A stretch of 64,000 nt of DNA from Epiperipatus broadwayi (GCA_028023455.1 JAQFVV010000006.1:8494001-8558000); one strand, 5' to 3'; positions 37,771 to 51,371 are shown, counted from the first letter of the stretch. Notes: a model not told the origin generated them from the letters alone. A program made the numbers and translations.

Positions 37771-39099
37771 TGCTAACCTGTGTGCTATTAATAACAGTTC
37801 AATGTATTTAGAAAATTTAAATAAATTTTACAAATTTTTCTAAAGATATTCAGCTCTTAATATTAGATGATGGAAATAAATAGTCCAACAAATAATTAAT
37901 ACTAAAATGCCATCATACACAGAGGCAAAACTCTCCATACAGTAGAGATCATGTGATGTTTCGTGGTTTAAAATGGCAACATTACAAACCTTCAGACAAC
38001 CCTTTGGATTATATTTACATATGTTGCAAAAAATTTTCTACGACAAATTCATTTTGCAGGATTTTTCAGGATTCAAGAGTAGGTTTTTTTAAACTCTCAT
38101 TTAAAGTCCAAACCGTGCTTTAAATAAAAAAAAAAAAAAGGCAGCTTAATGCAATTATGGTATTAATTTACTGAATGCTTTTTGATCTCTAATTCCATTT
38201 GCAAATACATATACGAACTAATTTATTTACTATAACAGATTAAAAATCACCTCTAAAGTTTTATTTGGATGATAAAAATTTTAAATAGTAAGTATTCATA
38301 CTAATGGTATTTTATCAGTATATATATATATTAAAATTAATTCAAGAGTCGGTCTGTGAGGGAGAATATGCTTATCGTGTTAAACTAGTTACAGTAAGTC
38401 TATCATAGTTTACAGATTATTTTATTTCCTTCAAACTTTGCATTACTGAGATGTAAATAAACTATATTGTGACATTATTCACCCGGAATGTTTTCCAATA
38501 CCCACTCTTCAATAAAAGATGTCTTAAACTTTGTGTTGTTTTTAGATCTATTTCCGATAGCATAAGCACCAAATACAATTTTACAGTTACTTTCTTCTAA
38601 TATCTTCAAGCATCATATTAAGAAAAAAACATCATGCTATCTACTTAGCATTACCATTAGGTATACTTTGGCTCTGATCATCTTAATGTTAATTTCACAA
38701 TGTCAGATATTATCATGTAATAGGAGAAAAACCCCACCAACAATCATATCTTTTCAACAATGCATTTTTAAACAGAGAAAATCCACAAATCTGATGCCAT
38801 TTGGCAAAACCAGTCACATGATAATCCAAAATTTTGTAAAATGTCAGTTTTAATTTGTAACATTTGGCAGTTTGAAATCCATAACACATCTTAATTTAAT
38901 CTACAATTAGCTTCAATAATTAGAATTAATAAAACATAATGATTTCACACTATCAACAAAAGCACTAGCAATCATATTTTTCCACCAATTAATTTCTAGT
39001 TTTCTGACATTAATACCGATTGTATGACCACGGAGAGATTTTCTAAAATACATTGCAATATACACCTCCTGTAATTACACAGTTCAAAACCGTTTCTTA

Positions 39100-39900
39100 A
39101 TGCAATTTACAATTAGACCTCAACTGATAGAATTGTTTTACTGACTTCATATTATCAAATAAAATGCAAAATAATCACTAAGAACCAACAATTCATTTCT
39201 AAATAGGCGATAATCCACTATTAGAAGCCTAATTGCATCATTGCCATCAATCATATGAATAACAGAAAGTTTTTTAAAATAACAGTCGCAATATACAATA
39301 CCTGAAACTTCATGAAACCCAAAAATCATGTCATAATTTAATCTGCAAACCAGTTTCCAATCATTAATACCAATGATCTCATGATCTAATACATAATCCA
39401 AAATATCGGATTTCTAGTGAGTACACTTATCAACCCAGCAGAAAATCACCCACATTATAATTAAAATCATGAAGAAAGTCTGGTTAATAATGATTCCCAT
39501 CAGCATCCACAATTATTTCTCCTAACCATGCAAAAACCAGGAAATCATGAAAAGGTGACAACTTACAACTTTGATAGGTCAACTCAATTGGCAATATTTA
39601 AAACTCGAGACTTAATAGTACTAGAATATGCACAAAAATACTGTAAACATGACCGGAAGAACACATTAATTGGATTGTTGAATCATGGATGATGAGATAC
39701 CAGAAATCTCATTGTGCTCATGATAAACTTTACTTTTAGTAATACCTATAAACCAAAAAATGTATTGAATAGTTAATCGCTTGAGAGATCATATGATGTT
39801 TGAGCACCAGAAGTGGTAAGCTAAGCTTCAATTTAGAACCCTAAATATTGGGTCAGTCACTCTATCATTGTGCTAAGCATCGCATAGCAATAAGATGTAT
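39100..39900 (-). mobile_element. Possible heavily degraded I/Nimb-like LINE 3' region
   Basis: Only weak residual peptides (FCWV; CDCYFKKLSVIHMI resembling a C-x2-C..LTVxHIL knuckle). Confidence 0.3.
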
Positions 39901-41076
39901 AAATTAAGCCTTTGGCTACCCTTTAATATCAATAGTGATCAGCCCGTACAGGTTGGAGTCATTACTTTTAATAAATTTTTTCTTTTTATTATGGCTCATG
40001 CATACTTCTACTGGCACTTCTGGGTGTTCCTTCAACTTTCATATATCCATACATCTACTACTGCACTTATCCCAGATGACTATCACTGATTTCTGCCTAA
40101 TCATCCAACACTTTAATCAATTTCCTGGATCATAAATTTTCCCCGATTAAAAATGTTATATTGTTGATTAAGACTTCAGTCGTACAAAATCAAAAATCAG
40201 ATAGATTACTGATTACAAAAAAAAAAATACCCTTCCATTTCCCAACTTATTTAATTCCTGGTTATTCTGCATTTTGGTCATGAGTAACATGACCTAATAA
40301 GATGTCTTACTGCTTGTCATTCTTCACGGCTTTTAGTATATGTAAAATTAATACTTCAGGCAACCATTTTTTGGAAAACCAAGTTAAAACAAATTGTTTT
40401 CCGACCATTGGCGCATATATAAGAAACTTGTAGTATATTTAGTACCCAAATGCCCACATTTTTTAACAATAGATGCAAATTATAGAATGTATGTAACTAA
40501 CAAAAAATAAATTATTTGTTTAGCCCTCACAGGCATACGATACAGCTCCTCCTAATGATAATGCATTGTATTATAATTATCTTTGTTTATCAGTCAAATC
40601 TAGAATAACTTGAGGGTTTTGTTTACACTTTAGCTAATAATAAATAGAAACCCATTTCTATCCCAAACAAACTGGGCTGCCCATTTGGAAAAAAAACCCT
40701 GTGACTTAAAAAAAAATTTCCAAAGTTCACCCATCCCAGATTGGAAAACCAGATCATGGGTAAAAGCAAGCAATGTTCATTACACAATTGATCCAGTAAT
40801 CATTTCCCAGTTCCCTGATTACATAAAGAAATATATAACCTATCATATATAAAGTGTACGATTTGGAACAATAAAGTCACTTATTGCATAGAGCAAAAAC
40901 ATTTTTCACTTATTAAAAAAAAATCAGTTTTGCTTATTTACAATTCCCTCTTTTTCTTTATAAATGTAGCCCAGCTTCAATATTCCTTAAAATATAATTT
41001 TTTTCCAGTTTTTTTACGTTTCAACAGCTGAACCAAAATTATGTAAAATCAAATAACATCACAACAATATATATAT

Positions 41077-41463
41077 ATGTCCTGTACATGAGGGGTCGCA
41101 CTGACCTTAGGTCAACATGGGTGTGACAAGAATCTCGGCCTCAGGGTGGCCTTTGAGCATTTCCATCAGCAGATTTGCAATTGGATGGACGGCTGAAGAG
41201 TTGGAGGGTGAAGTAGATAGAAGCCTGTCCATTAAAGTATGAGGATTGGCTATCTTAATATATATCTGAGCACTTATAGCATATATGTGTGGAGATGGTA
41301 ATCTGGACCAACTGATGATTGCTGGTTTGGCATGAAATATTTGTATTGGTGATTATTTATCTTTTTGACATATATGTGTTCAAGTGTATCAGTGTTATGA
41401 GATAGTGTGGAGAGTGGTGGATCATGTGAAAGTCTGTGCTCATATACCCTATATATTACATAT
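41077..41463 (+). mobile_element. Solo copy of the 475-bp retrozyme-like family; hammerhead at 41307-41350
   Basis: Colinear with the array unit; same start (ATGTCCTG) and end (CCCTATATATTA) as the array. Confidence 0.9.
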
Positions 41464-42309
41464 ATTTTTCATTTCTTTCTAGAATCTGATGTTTCAAGTA
41501 TTATAATCAAGATTATATTAGTTATATGATTTTATAGTGGTAGGGTTTACAATATTAAATAACCTAAGAGATTGTAAAAGATGTAGAAAAAGACATGAGT
41601 TGGATGGATAAGGAAGTTTTCTAGGGTGTTATGTATAAGAAAGATAAGATAGAAGTAACTGGACTAAACTTGAGAGATTAATCCCACAATAGATCAATAA
41701 TGGTTGTAGATGATTATATGTTTGTTAATCTTGACAACAATTATAATTAAATAATCTAAACATCAATGGAAAAAATAAAAACATGTAGCATATAGTTTTG
41801 ATGTTACAATATATTTTTGATTTTACATTATTTTGGTTCAATAATATAACAAGTTTTCAAAAGAAGTCTTTACATATTAAATAAACATACCAATCATTAA
41901 CATTAGTAGTGAATGATAAACAAATAGGAATGCGCTGTGCATTATTTAATGCAATAGCAATGTGTCAAATTCTGAAACTGAAAGTCCTGGATCATGATCC
42001 AGATGCCACTTTCAGCTCTCGTTCAGGTGCTTGAACTATGAACTCTCCAGCAATAAACCATTGGATTTAAATCAACATAAATGTCCTGTACATGAGTGAT
42101 CAGATTGACCTTAGGTCAACATGGGTGTGACAAGAATCTCAGCCTCAGTGTGGCCTTTAAGCATTCCATCATCAGATTTTCGATTGGATGGATGGTTGAA
42201 GAGTTGGAGTGTGGAGTAGATTGAAGCCTGTCCATTAAAGTATGTGGTTTGGCTATCTTAATATATATCTGAGCACTTATAGCATATATATGTAGAGATG
42301 GTAATCGGG

Positions 42310-42353
42310 ACCAACTGATGATTGCTGGTTTAGCATGAAATACATATATTGGT
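42310..42353 (+). ncRNA. Type I hammerhead, array unit 1
   Basis: ACCAA-CTGATGA-TTGCT GGTTT AGCAT-GAAA-TACATA-TA-TTGGT; predicted cleavage after 42348. Confidence 0.8.
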
Positions 42354-42784
42354 GATTATTTATCTTTTCAACATATATGTATTCAAGTGTATCAGTGTTA
42401 TGAGATAGTGTGGAGAGTGGTGGGTCTTGTGAAAGTCTGTGCTCATATATCCTATATATTACATATAGAGACACAGGTATATAATAAGCCTGTGTGTTTC
42501 AATTATTACATAGTAGAGATGTCTGCCCATCCCTTGTATATGTATTAAATGCATTATGTCCTGTATGTGAGGGGTCAGATTGACCTTAGGTCAACATGGG
42601 TGTGACAAGAATCTCAGCCTCAGGGTGGCCTTTGAGCATTCCATCATCAGATTTTCAATTGGATGGACGGTTGAAGAGTTGGAGTGTGGAGTAGATTGAA
42701 GCCTGTCCATTAAAGTATGAGGTTTGGCTATCTTAATATATATCTGAGCACTTATAGCATATATGTGTAGAGATGGTAATCTGG

Positions 42785-42828
42785 ACCAACTGATGATTGC
42801 TGGTTTAGCATGAAATACGTATATTGGT
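42785..42828 (+). ncRNA. Type I hammerhead, array unit 2
   Basis: As unit 1, with palindromic stem III ATACGTAT; predicted cleavage after 42823. Confidence 0.8.
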
Positions 42829-43259
42829 GATTATTTATCTTTTCAACATATATGTGTTCAAGTGTATCAGTGTTATGAGATAGTGTGGAGAGTGGTGGGT
42901 CATGTGAAAGTCTGTGCTCATATACCCTATATATTACATATATAGACACAGGTATATAATAAGCCTGTGTGTTTCAGTTATTACATAGTAGAGATGTCTG
43001 CCCATCCCTTGTATATGTATTAAATGGATTATGTCCTGTACATGAGGGGTCAGATTGACCTTAGGTCAACATGGGTGTGACAAGAATCTCAGCCTCAGGG
43101 TGGCCTTTGAGCATTCCATCATCAGATTTTCAATTGGATGGACGGTTGAAGAGTTGGAGTGTGGAGTAGATTGAAGCCTGTCCATTAAAGTATGAGGTTT
43201 GGCTATCTTAATATATATCTGAGCACTTATAGCATATATATGTAGAGATGGTAATCTGG

Positions 43260-43303
43260 ACCAACTGATGATTGCTGGTTTAGCATGAAATACATATATT
43301 GGT
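43260..43303 (+). ncRNA. Type I hammerhead, array unit 3
   Basis: As unit 1. Confidence 0.8.
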
Positions 43304-43734
43304 GATTATTTATCTTTTCAACATATATGTATTCAAGTGTATCAGTGTTATGAGATAGTGTGGAGAGTGGTGGGTCATGTGAAAGTCTGTGCTCATATAT
43401 CCTATATATTACATATAGAGACACAGGTATATAATAAGCCTGTATGTTTCAATTATTACATAGTAGAGATGTCTGCCCATCCCTTGTATATGTATTAAAT
43501 GGATTATGTCCTGTACATGAGGGGTCAGATTGACCTTAGGTCAACATGGGTGTGACAAGAATCTCAGCCTCAGGGTGGCCTTTGAGCATTCCATCATCAG
43601 ATTTTCGATTGGATGGTCAGCTGAAGAGTTAGAGTGTGGAGTAGATTGAAGCCTGTCCATTAAAGTATGTGGTTTGGCTATCTTAATATATATCTGAGCA
43701 CTTATAGCATATATATGTAGAGATGGTAATCGGG

Positions 43735-43778
43735 ACCAACTGATGATTTCTGGTTTAGCATGAAATACGTATATTGGT
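43735..43778 (+). ncRNA. Type I hammerhead, array unit 4 (stem II mutated to TTTCT)
   Basis: As unit 2, with an extra stem II mismatch. Confidence 0.7.
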
Positions 43779-44213
43779 GATTATTTATCTTTTCAACATA
43801 TATGTATTCAAGTGTATCAGTGTTATGAGATAGTGTGGAGAGTGGTGGGTCATGTGAAAGTCTGTGCTCATATATCCTATATATTACATATAGAGACACA
43901 GGTATATAATAAGCCTGTATGTTTCAATTATTACATAGTAGAGATGTCTGCCCATCCCTTGTATATGTATTAAATGGATTATGTCCTGTACATGAGGGGT
44001 CAGATTGACCTTAGGTCAACATGGGTGTGACAAGAATCTCAGCCTCAGGGTGGCCTTTGAGCATTCCATCATCAGATTTTCGATTGGATGGTCAGCTGAA
44101 GAGTTAGAGTGTGGAGTAGATTGAAGCCTGTCCATTAAAGTATGTGGTTTGGCTATCTTAATATATATCTGAGCACTTATAGCATATATATATATGTGGA
44201 GATAGTAATCTGG

Positions 44214-44257
44214 ACCAACTGATGATTGCTGGTTTAGCATGAAATACATATATTGGT
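44214..44257 (+). ncRNA. Type I hammerhead, array unit 5
   Basis: As unit 1. Confidence 0.8.
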
Positions 44258-44861
44258 GATTATTTATCTTTTCAACATATATGTATTCAAGTGTATCAGT
44301 GTTATGAGATAGTGTGGAGAGTGGTGGGTCGTGTGAAAGTCTGTGCTCATATACCCTATATATTATAAATAAGACTATAAATAGGAAATTTTTTTTTCCA
44401 AAGAATTTTATATACGGTAATATTATGTACAACACAAATATAAATGATTGAATATTTGTTGTAGTGAGCAAAAAATAGCAACTTTGCAAATAGCTTTTTT
44501 TTTATTAACTTTAAATCAATATCTATATTTCTGTCTTTTTTAAAATATATACATCAGCAAAAATAAGCAGTTTTTTTAAAAAAAAATACAGCATTTGCTT
44601 ACTATTACTAAACATATGTTTGTTTTTTATGACTTGATCAAGAAGATGAGAAAAACGCCTTTTAGTAAGAAAATATATTGTTTAATAATCCTTCAACGTG
44701 CTTTGGAATTTGTTCCTTTTATATATACGTGTAAATAAGTAAACGGCTGCATATTTTCAATTAGCATAAATTATAAGGGCTATTTACAAAGATTTGATTA
44801 CTTTTCGATATAAACAAATTAGAAATTTAAAATTCTATTTCTTTAATAAAAAATATACTAC

Positions 44862-46520
44862 AATTTCTCCAGTCTCTAGCTTTTCTTCTACACATCATCC
44901 CAGCACACTTCCTTACTTCATCTATCCATCTCACACATGGTCTCTACCCTATCTTCTCCATATCATCCTAGCATACCTCCCTATTTCATCCATCTCATAT
45001 GTGGTCTTTTGCTAGGTCTTTTATAATTTCTTGAAATCCAGTTTAAGATTTCAACTGTCTATTATCATCTCTACTAGAAATATGTCCAGCCCAACACCAG
45101 TCTTTTAATTCTTTCAGTGGCATTAGTAACCCCCATTCTCTCATCCATACATTTTGTTTTTGATTTCTTCTTGTCTTAACATACATCTCTCCAGATTCCA
45201 TTAAGTGGTCTGAAGTCTCTGTATTGTTCTTTTGTGAAGTGTCCAAGTCTCAAATCCATAAGTAAGAACTGGTTAAAATACATTTATTAAAATCTCCCTT
45301 TTCAAACCCATGGCATATTTCATTCATAATATCAAATTATTTCTACCAAATGCATTTCAATCAAGTTTAATTCTACAATTAATTTCATCCATTATGTTTC
45401 AATCTGTAGTAATAATATGACCAAGGTATTTGTAGTTGTTAAGTTCTTTTAACTGATCATTATCAATCTTAATTTTCTTCTTTTGAGAAAATCCATTGAT
45501 TATTTTAGACTTTTTTAACATTTACCTTTAGTCCTACTTTTTTACTTTCAGCTGATAACTCTTGCAATACTTTCTGAAGCTCAGAAAAACAATTACTTCA
45601 TCTGTAAAATCTAGATGTCTTGAATAATGTCCATTACTTTTACACCTTTAGTGTCTCATTTTAATTCACAAAATACTTCTTGCAAAATTATGGTAAAAAA
45701 AATTTGGAAATAGGAAGTTGCACTGTTAAACATCCTTCTTAATGTTAACCTTCCTAATATCATTATGTAATCTAATCATTACTGTTGTATTTTTTTATAA
45801 ATATTCATCAAAATAAGGCAATATCCTGGGTTTATACCTTGATGATCCAATTCCTTAATCATTGAATGTTTACAGAATAAATCCTCTTTCATAATCTAAA
45901 AATCTAAAGCATAATGACAATTCATATTCATTAGTCCTTTCTATAACTTTTCTCAATACTTGGATAAAATCTACTTTACTAAAACCATTTTTGGTTAATT
46001 AAAATCCAAAGTTTGCTGCAGATGAGTTGTAATTATCCTAGTAAAAATTTTGTATAGAAATGATAAAACTGATAAGCCAATAATTTCTAATTTCTTAATC
46101 ACCTTTTTAAAATATTAATATTGCATTCTTCCAATATTTAGTACATGTTTATCATTCGGACATTGGATATAATTTTGCCAAAAACTTTTCTATGTCTCCG
46201 CCTGCTTCTTTTAAGATATTGATTATAATTCCATCATTACGTGGAGCCTTTCCTTACTTCATAGATTTAATTACATGTTTCACTTCTTCATTTAAAATCT
46301 TGGGCAATCTAGAAGATAGAGCAGTTGTAGGAGATACCTTTTCTTGTTCTTTACTGCTATATAATTCTTGCTAGAACTCTTCTACAATTTTGTGATGTCA
46401 TCTCTCTTTTTAATCATAGTTTCATCTTCATTTCTTAATGCAGAAATAAGTTTCCTACCAAGACCAACTTTTGAGACTTTTATTCTCTTATATAGCTTTC
46501 CTTTCGAATTATAGTTAAAT
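44862..46520 (-). mobile_element. Degraded RTE copy (RT region to near the 3' end)
   Basis: Colinear similarity to RTE about 2700-4400 with many indels. Confidence 0.85.
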
Positions 46521-46661
46521 ACTCATTTAATGAAGGTAATTTCTTCAATCTACTTTAAAGACAATAGTACCAGATATCTATATCCACTGCTATCATATTA
46601 ACATCACCAGACCAGTTTCTAACTAATAGCCTTCATCAAAAAGGAGCCTGAACCAAATGTT

Positions 46662-46781
46662 TTTGTCATTCAACAGTCAACCCATACTCTTCCTTTTTTG
46701 TTCATAATCAAGCCTGAACTTTGTCATTCAACAGTCAACCCATACTCTTCCTTTTTTGTTCATAATCAAGCCTGAACTTTG
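46662..46781 (+). repeat. 58-bp tandem duplication
   Basis: TTTGTCATTCAACAGTCAACCC...CCTGAAC present twice. Confidence 0.9.
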
Positions 46782-49319
46782 ACGATCTTAAATGTTTTTT
46801 ATCCAATTCAATTTTCATGCCCAATTATATAGATCTAACATTACACCAGTATTTATATATTTTACTATTCTCAGTTTAATAAGAATGGGCATGTTTTATC
46901 ATTTTTGCTAGAATAATATGAACTAACAACTGTCATATGACCACCTTTGCTTACATATGTTACTAGGTGTCACTCCAACACCACCTTTATAAGCCTGAAT
47001 AATCAATAGACACAACAGCACTACCATCTAGCATATATTGACTGTTTTGGAGTGAATAAATTGCTCCTAAAAGCATACGTATGCAGAAGTAGTCATTCAT
47101 TTGTTAATTTTCTGACCAGAAACTATCAAGATCAGATTAAATGATAATGAGTTGGCTAGATGAAAAAAATCCTACGATAGATATAAGTCCATGGTCATCT
47201 AAAAACTTTTTTACATGGATTCAAACCCTAGATCATAAAAGTAAAAAGATGTTTTGAAATCGCTAAAGTGGCAAAGTTCTTCATATATCTAATTTTGGTT
47301 GTATTTGGGCTTATGAATAATGCTGATAATCTAAATCTTAACAATGATTGTTTGTTGATCAGAATGGCATTGAGCTTTTCAATTATCAAAAAGAAAATGG
47401 TATCTAGTAGTCCACACTGCAGTAGTAAAGATCAGCGACACATATTAGGTCATTGAATTTAATTTTTTTGCCACCTAGTATAACTTCAGCAATTAACAGA
47501 CATCAGATGGTAGTGATTAATAACTCCCTATCCTGTGCTTGTCCTACCCAATGTCCCTACACTAGTTTCTAAAATTTATGACTTTCATCAGTGCGAGCCT
47601 TTGAATCTGGAAGCAGGGTATTTGAATCTTTTGAATCAAATGCACCCTTTCTATACTAACCCATCTTTTATTTCCTTGTTTTACTAACTGACAGTAAAAC
47701 AAAAAACTAAAAAATGGCTGCTGGAGGAAATATACCTTAGATCCAAAATATCCAGATGTATTGCTCCTCAATGATAAAATTCATAAGCTCGAAAAGAGTC
47801 TGAGGATTAGGACAGGATTGGATAGACTTTATTGGGTACTACCATGAAGCATCTATAGATTATTAAAGCTTACACTAGATGGCAAAAATATGAAGAAAAA
47901 CAGAAATTGCTGCTGAATCGCATAATGTATTGAAACTGATGATTTAAATGTCAAATCCATAAAGATCGTAGCTCTCCAAAAACTATATATCCTAAGCCCT
48001 TGCCACACGATCTAGATTAATATGGGTTATCCGAGACTTCAATAGCCAAAGTATCTAAATTTTATTTCCTCAGTATAATGAAGAGTATTCAAGAGTGAAA
48101 TCAGTTCTTGCATTTGAAGCATATGTAAATTTAAATATTTAAATCTTGTAACCAAGAAGAAAAAAACTATGTAATAAAAGCTTTTCAACTACAAGAGATG
48201 ACACGATCCAATTGTAAACGCTAGTGTGCCAGATATTAAGGATTAGTCACCGTAGTGGAAAATGAAAACTGAAATTAAATACCTCTCAATTACTGAATAT
48301 TATATCTCATTTAAGTCATGTGATATAAATCAATTTGATTCATAATGGGCTGATAAAAATGCAATGACTGGTTACTACTGCTGTGAATTGTTGCTATGCC
48401 CAGATAGCTTGAATTACTTTTCAAGCATGAATGGGTATCAGTTGAGTGTTGTAGTTCCCTCTGAAATCTATCCATAAAATTGGAGATGGGGAGGGTGTGG
48501 TATAGTTTATGAACAAACTGTAAAAACAAGCCTATCATATGAAATGAATTAAGAATTTGTATGTGCAACATTATTAACAGTAGTGAGATTTCAAAACAAT
48601 CCAAAGGGCAGTAAGATATTAAAGATCACAGTGCAACTGTGAGAAATACAATCTCATATTAGATACATCTCAATTGTCGAATATTACATTCATTTAATGT
48701 TATGTAACATAAAATCAATTCTATTTCCAAGGTGTGGCTAAGAAAACAACATCTGACCATCATTCTGCAATATAAGAATATTGAATAAATTTATCTATTG
48801 TATGTCCACATTAACCAATTACATAGGTTGAAATTCACCTGTGAAAAGACTAAGGCAGAAGAAGCTGTTGCTTCTAATATTACATATTTATCACAAAGTT
48901 TTCTAAGATCTGCTTAGAGTGAATTTCAATATCATAACCATAAAATTTCAAACAGAAGAGAAATAAAACTAATTCCAATCGTCATTCAATGTTTTGATTC
49001 AATTCAGGGATTCAAGTTAGCTTAAAAATATTTTCAAAAAGTACCTGGGGGCACTTTTGAAATACTATTAAATTACATTTTTTTAAAAATTGTTAAGAAA
49101 CATTACTCAGATTTACAAAAATATTTGTTTGTGGATATATAACACAATTTTTGCGGTGTGAAAAAATAAAAACAACATAACATATAGAGAAAATTAGAGC
49201 AAAAACTATTAAAACATTAAAAAAGCTGATAGGCCAGGTCTCAGCCTCATTAAATCTATCTATATAACTATTTTTGCTGATAAGGAAGAGACCGTTATAA
49301 AAATATATGCACTTCTATA

Positions 49320-50205
49320 CACAAGGTCTGGCAAATAAGTTCACAAAACCACCTAAAAAGAGTACTACATACCTCATTGCTGAATATCACTACAATCAAC
49401 TCTACTCCCCTTGAAAGGTAGGCACTAATACAGTACTTACTCTATTCTTCAAAGCAATTTTGGAACTCTTTTTTTGGGGAACATACATCAGAGCTGGTCG
49501 TATTACACTTGATATCCAGAATTTTATCAAAATATTTACTTTTCCTTTGTCTTTGGATAAAGAAAAAGTCATTGGAGACAAGATGAGATAAATAGGAAGG
49601 GTGTTCCAATATACTTATTTATTTGCTGTCTAAAACTCTCCTCACAACAACTGCTGTGTGAGCTGGTGCATTTTTGCGCTCCTTTCTCAAGACAAAATTT
49701 TCAGTTAAGATTTTCCAGTGTCTCTAATGGAGTTTACTTAGTTTGTTACACTCTCACAATTAGACAATGATTTTGATGTACAATTTAATAAATTTTTGTT
49801 AATATTTTCATCATTTCTAGTCATTATTGGCTATCCTTACCTATTTTCACCAGTGATAGTTTTTCTTTTCCCCCAAAATAATCCATTTGTACACTGCTGT
49901 TTTCACCATGACATTTATTCTCATAACCTTGGACTAATGTGTCCCAGGTTTGATGTCCATTCTTGCCCAGTTTAACAACAAATTTAATGTTTGTTTGTTG
50001 CTCTAATTTAAGATCCGACAGTCTTGCAATTGTACACAAAAACACATTACAATAATGAATACCACTCAGCAAGCCAACAATGCCTGTCGATGTGAACACA
50101 ACTGTGAACTATTGATATATCAAGGTAACAAAACCTTACCAAATTGTTTATTCAGTACTGCTAACATAAGTGCATGTTGGCAAGTTCATCCTTAGATTTT
50201 GTATA
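49320..50205 (-). mobile_element. Internally deleted, decayed mariner element
   Basis: LEQQTNIKFVVKLGKNG (mariner N-terminal HTH); LEHPSYLSHLVSNDFF resembles HPPYSPDLAPxDF; TA-flanked TIR-like end at 49320. Confidence 0.65.
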
Positions 50206-50866
50206 TACAAAAATAACAAATATCAAACTAAAATCTCCTAAATATGGGAGAATATTCTTTCCAGAAATCAAAGAAAAATCTGAAAAGATATAATGTACTC
50301 AAAGATATAGATACAATAATTGAAAATTTATTATTTGGGTTACAATTTGAGCACCAAAAATAGGCCTAAACGAGCTCAATACATGGACCCTGAGCTTCTC
50401 CACCACTCATTGCACCAAACCACACAGCACAAACCTCAATGAATAGTTAGGAGTTCAACAAACATGAGAAATAACAAATTTGAGTTGTAATCCATGGACC
50501 GCAAGTTATAAAAGCTGCCACTTCACTAAATCAGTAAACCATTCAGAGCTGCATGGAAATTAGTTTTAATGAATGAGATTTGCAATTTTTACAAGGGATT
50601 CTCAAATTTTCGTGACACTTTCAAATTTTGGAAATCGAACAACATTACTGAGATTGAAGTCGCTTCAAAATATTACAAACTCATAAATAAACTTGAAGGC
50701 CAACAAAATCTCACCATTTTCTACAAAGCAGTTACTAATACAAAATAAAAAAAATGACATCTGTACTAACAAAATCAAATTATTGAACTTTGACGAGCTC
50801 TACATGATCATAAAGTATTTACAACTATGACAATCAAATATCTCCCAAAAAGAAATTAGATAGTTG

Positions 50867-50932
50867 ATATCAAACAAAATGGTGACCTTTTGAATTTTAT
50901 ATCAAACAAAATGGTGACCTTTTGAATTTTAT
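50867..50932 (+). repeat. 32-bp tandem duplication
   Basis: Directly visible. Confidence 0.85.
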
Positions 50933-51224
50933 AATAGGAAAAAAGCTAGTGACATTTTTCAAACGTGAATGAATTTGTTAATGTAGTATATTCACATGGG
51001 AAACATAATGATAGTTCAATTTTAACCATGTTATAGATTCGTATAATTGAAATAGCTAATAATTGCAATATTTTTAAAAGCAACATTTTTAAAATCATTA
51101 GATTTATGTATTCCTGCCACTACTGTGTGAATAGAAATAGTCTAAATGATGGCCAATATAGTCTATGGAATGTCTATGATCTGTGTTTGAATCTGGACTA
51201 TGTAGAAATTAAGATTTTTTTCAG

Positions 51225-51371
51225 GTCCTGTCAGTTAAAGAATTTCCATTTTAAAAATCCAACCCATATCCAAGTCCATCAACTATCCAATATTGAGTCA
51301 GTAATCAGTTATTCTGAGACAGTGGATAGAAAACCCATCAAACTTTCATCACCTGATAATTGGCAAACTTG
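51225..51371 (+). CDS. Candidate internal coding exon of an unidentified host gene
   Basis: TTTTTTTCAG|G acceptor, TG|GTGAGT donor, 147 nt (frame-preserving), one open frame (SCQLKNFHFKNPTHIQVHQL...PDNWQT). No homology recognised. Confidence 0.3.

Larger units (their letters stand above)
42081..44365 (+). repeat. Tandem array of a 475-bp hammerhead-containing unit (4.8 copies), retrozyme-like
   Basis: Unit starts at 42081, 42556, 43031, 43506 and 43981; one type I hammerhead per unit. Confidence 0.95.

Noticed and set aside
41978-42015. Hairpin with a 16-bp palindrome CTGGATCATGATCCAG just upstream of the array
   Set aside because: Single occurrence; no evidence linking it to the array.
42277-44489. 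Repeated 65-aa minus-strand ORFs (also 33574-33771)
   Set aside because: By-products of the 475-bp repeat on the strand opposite the ribozyme; no recognisable domain, and the frame is not kept in diverged copies.
46540-48650. Possible I/Jockey-clade LINE relic on the minus strand
   Set aside because: Only faint peptide resemblance (YPFMLEK; YLDILDL); too degraded to call.
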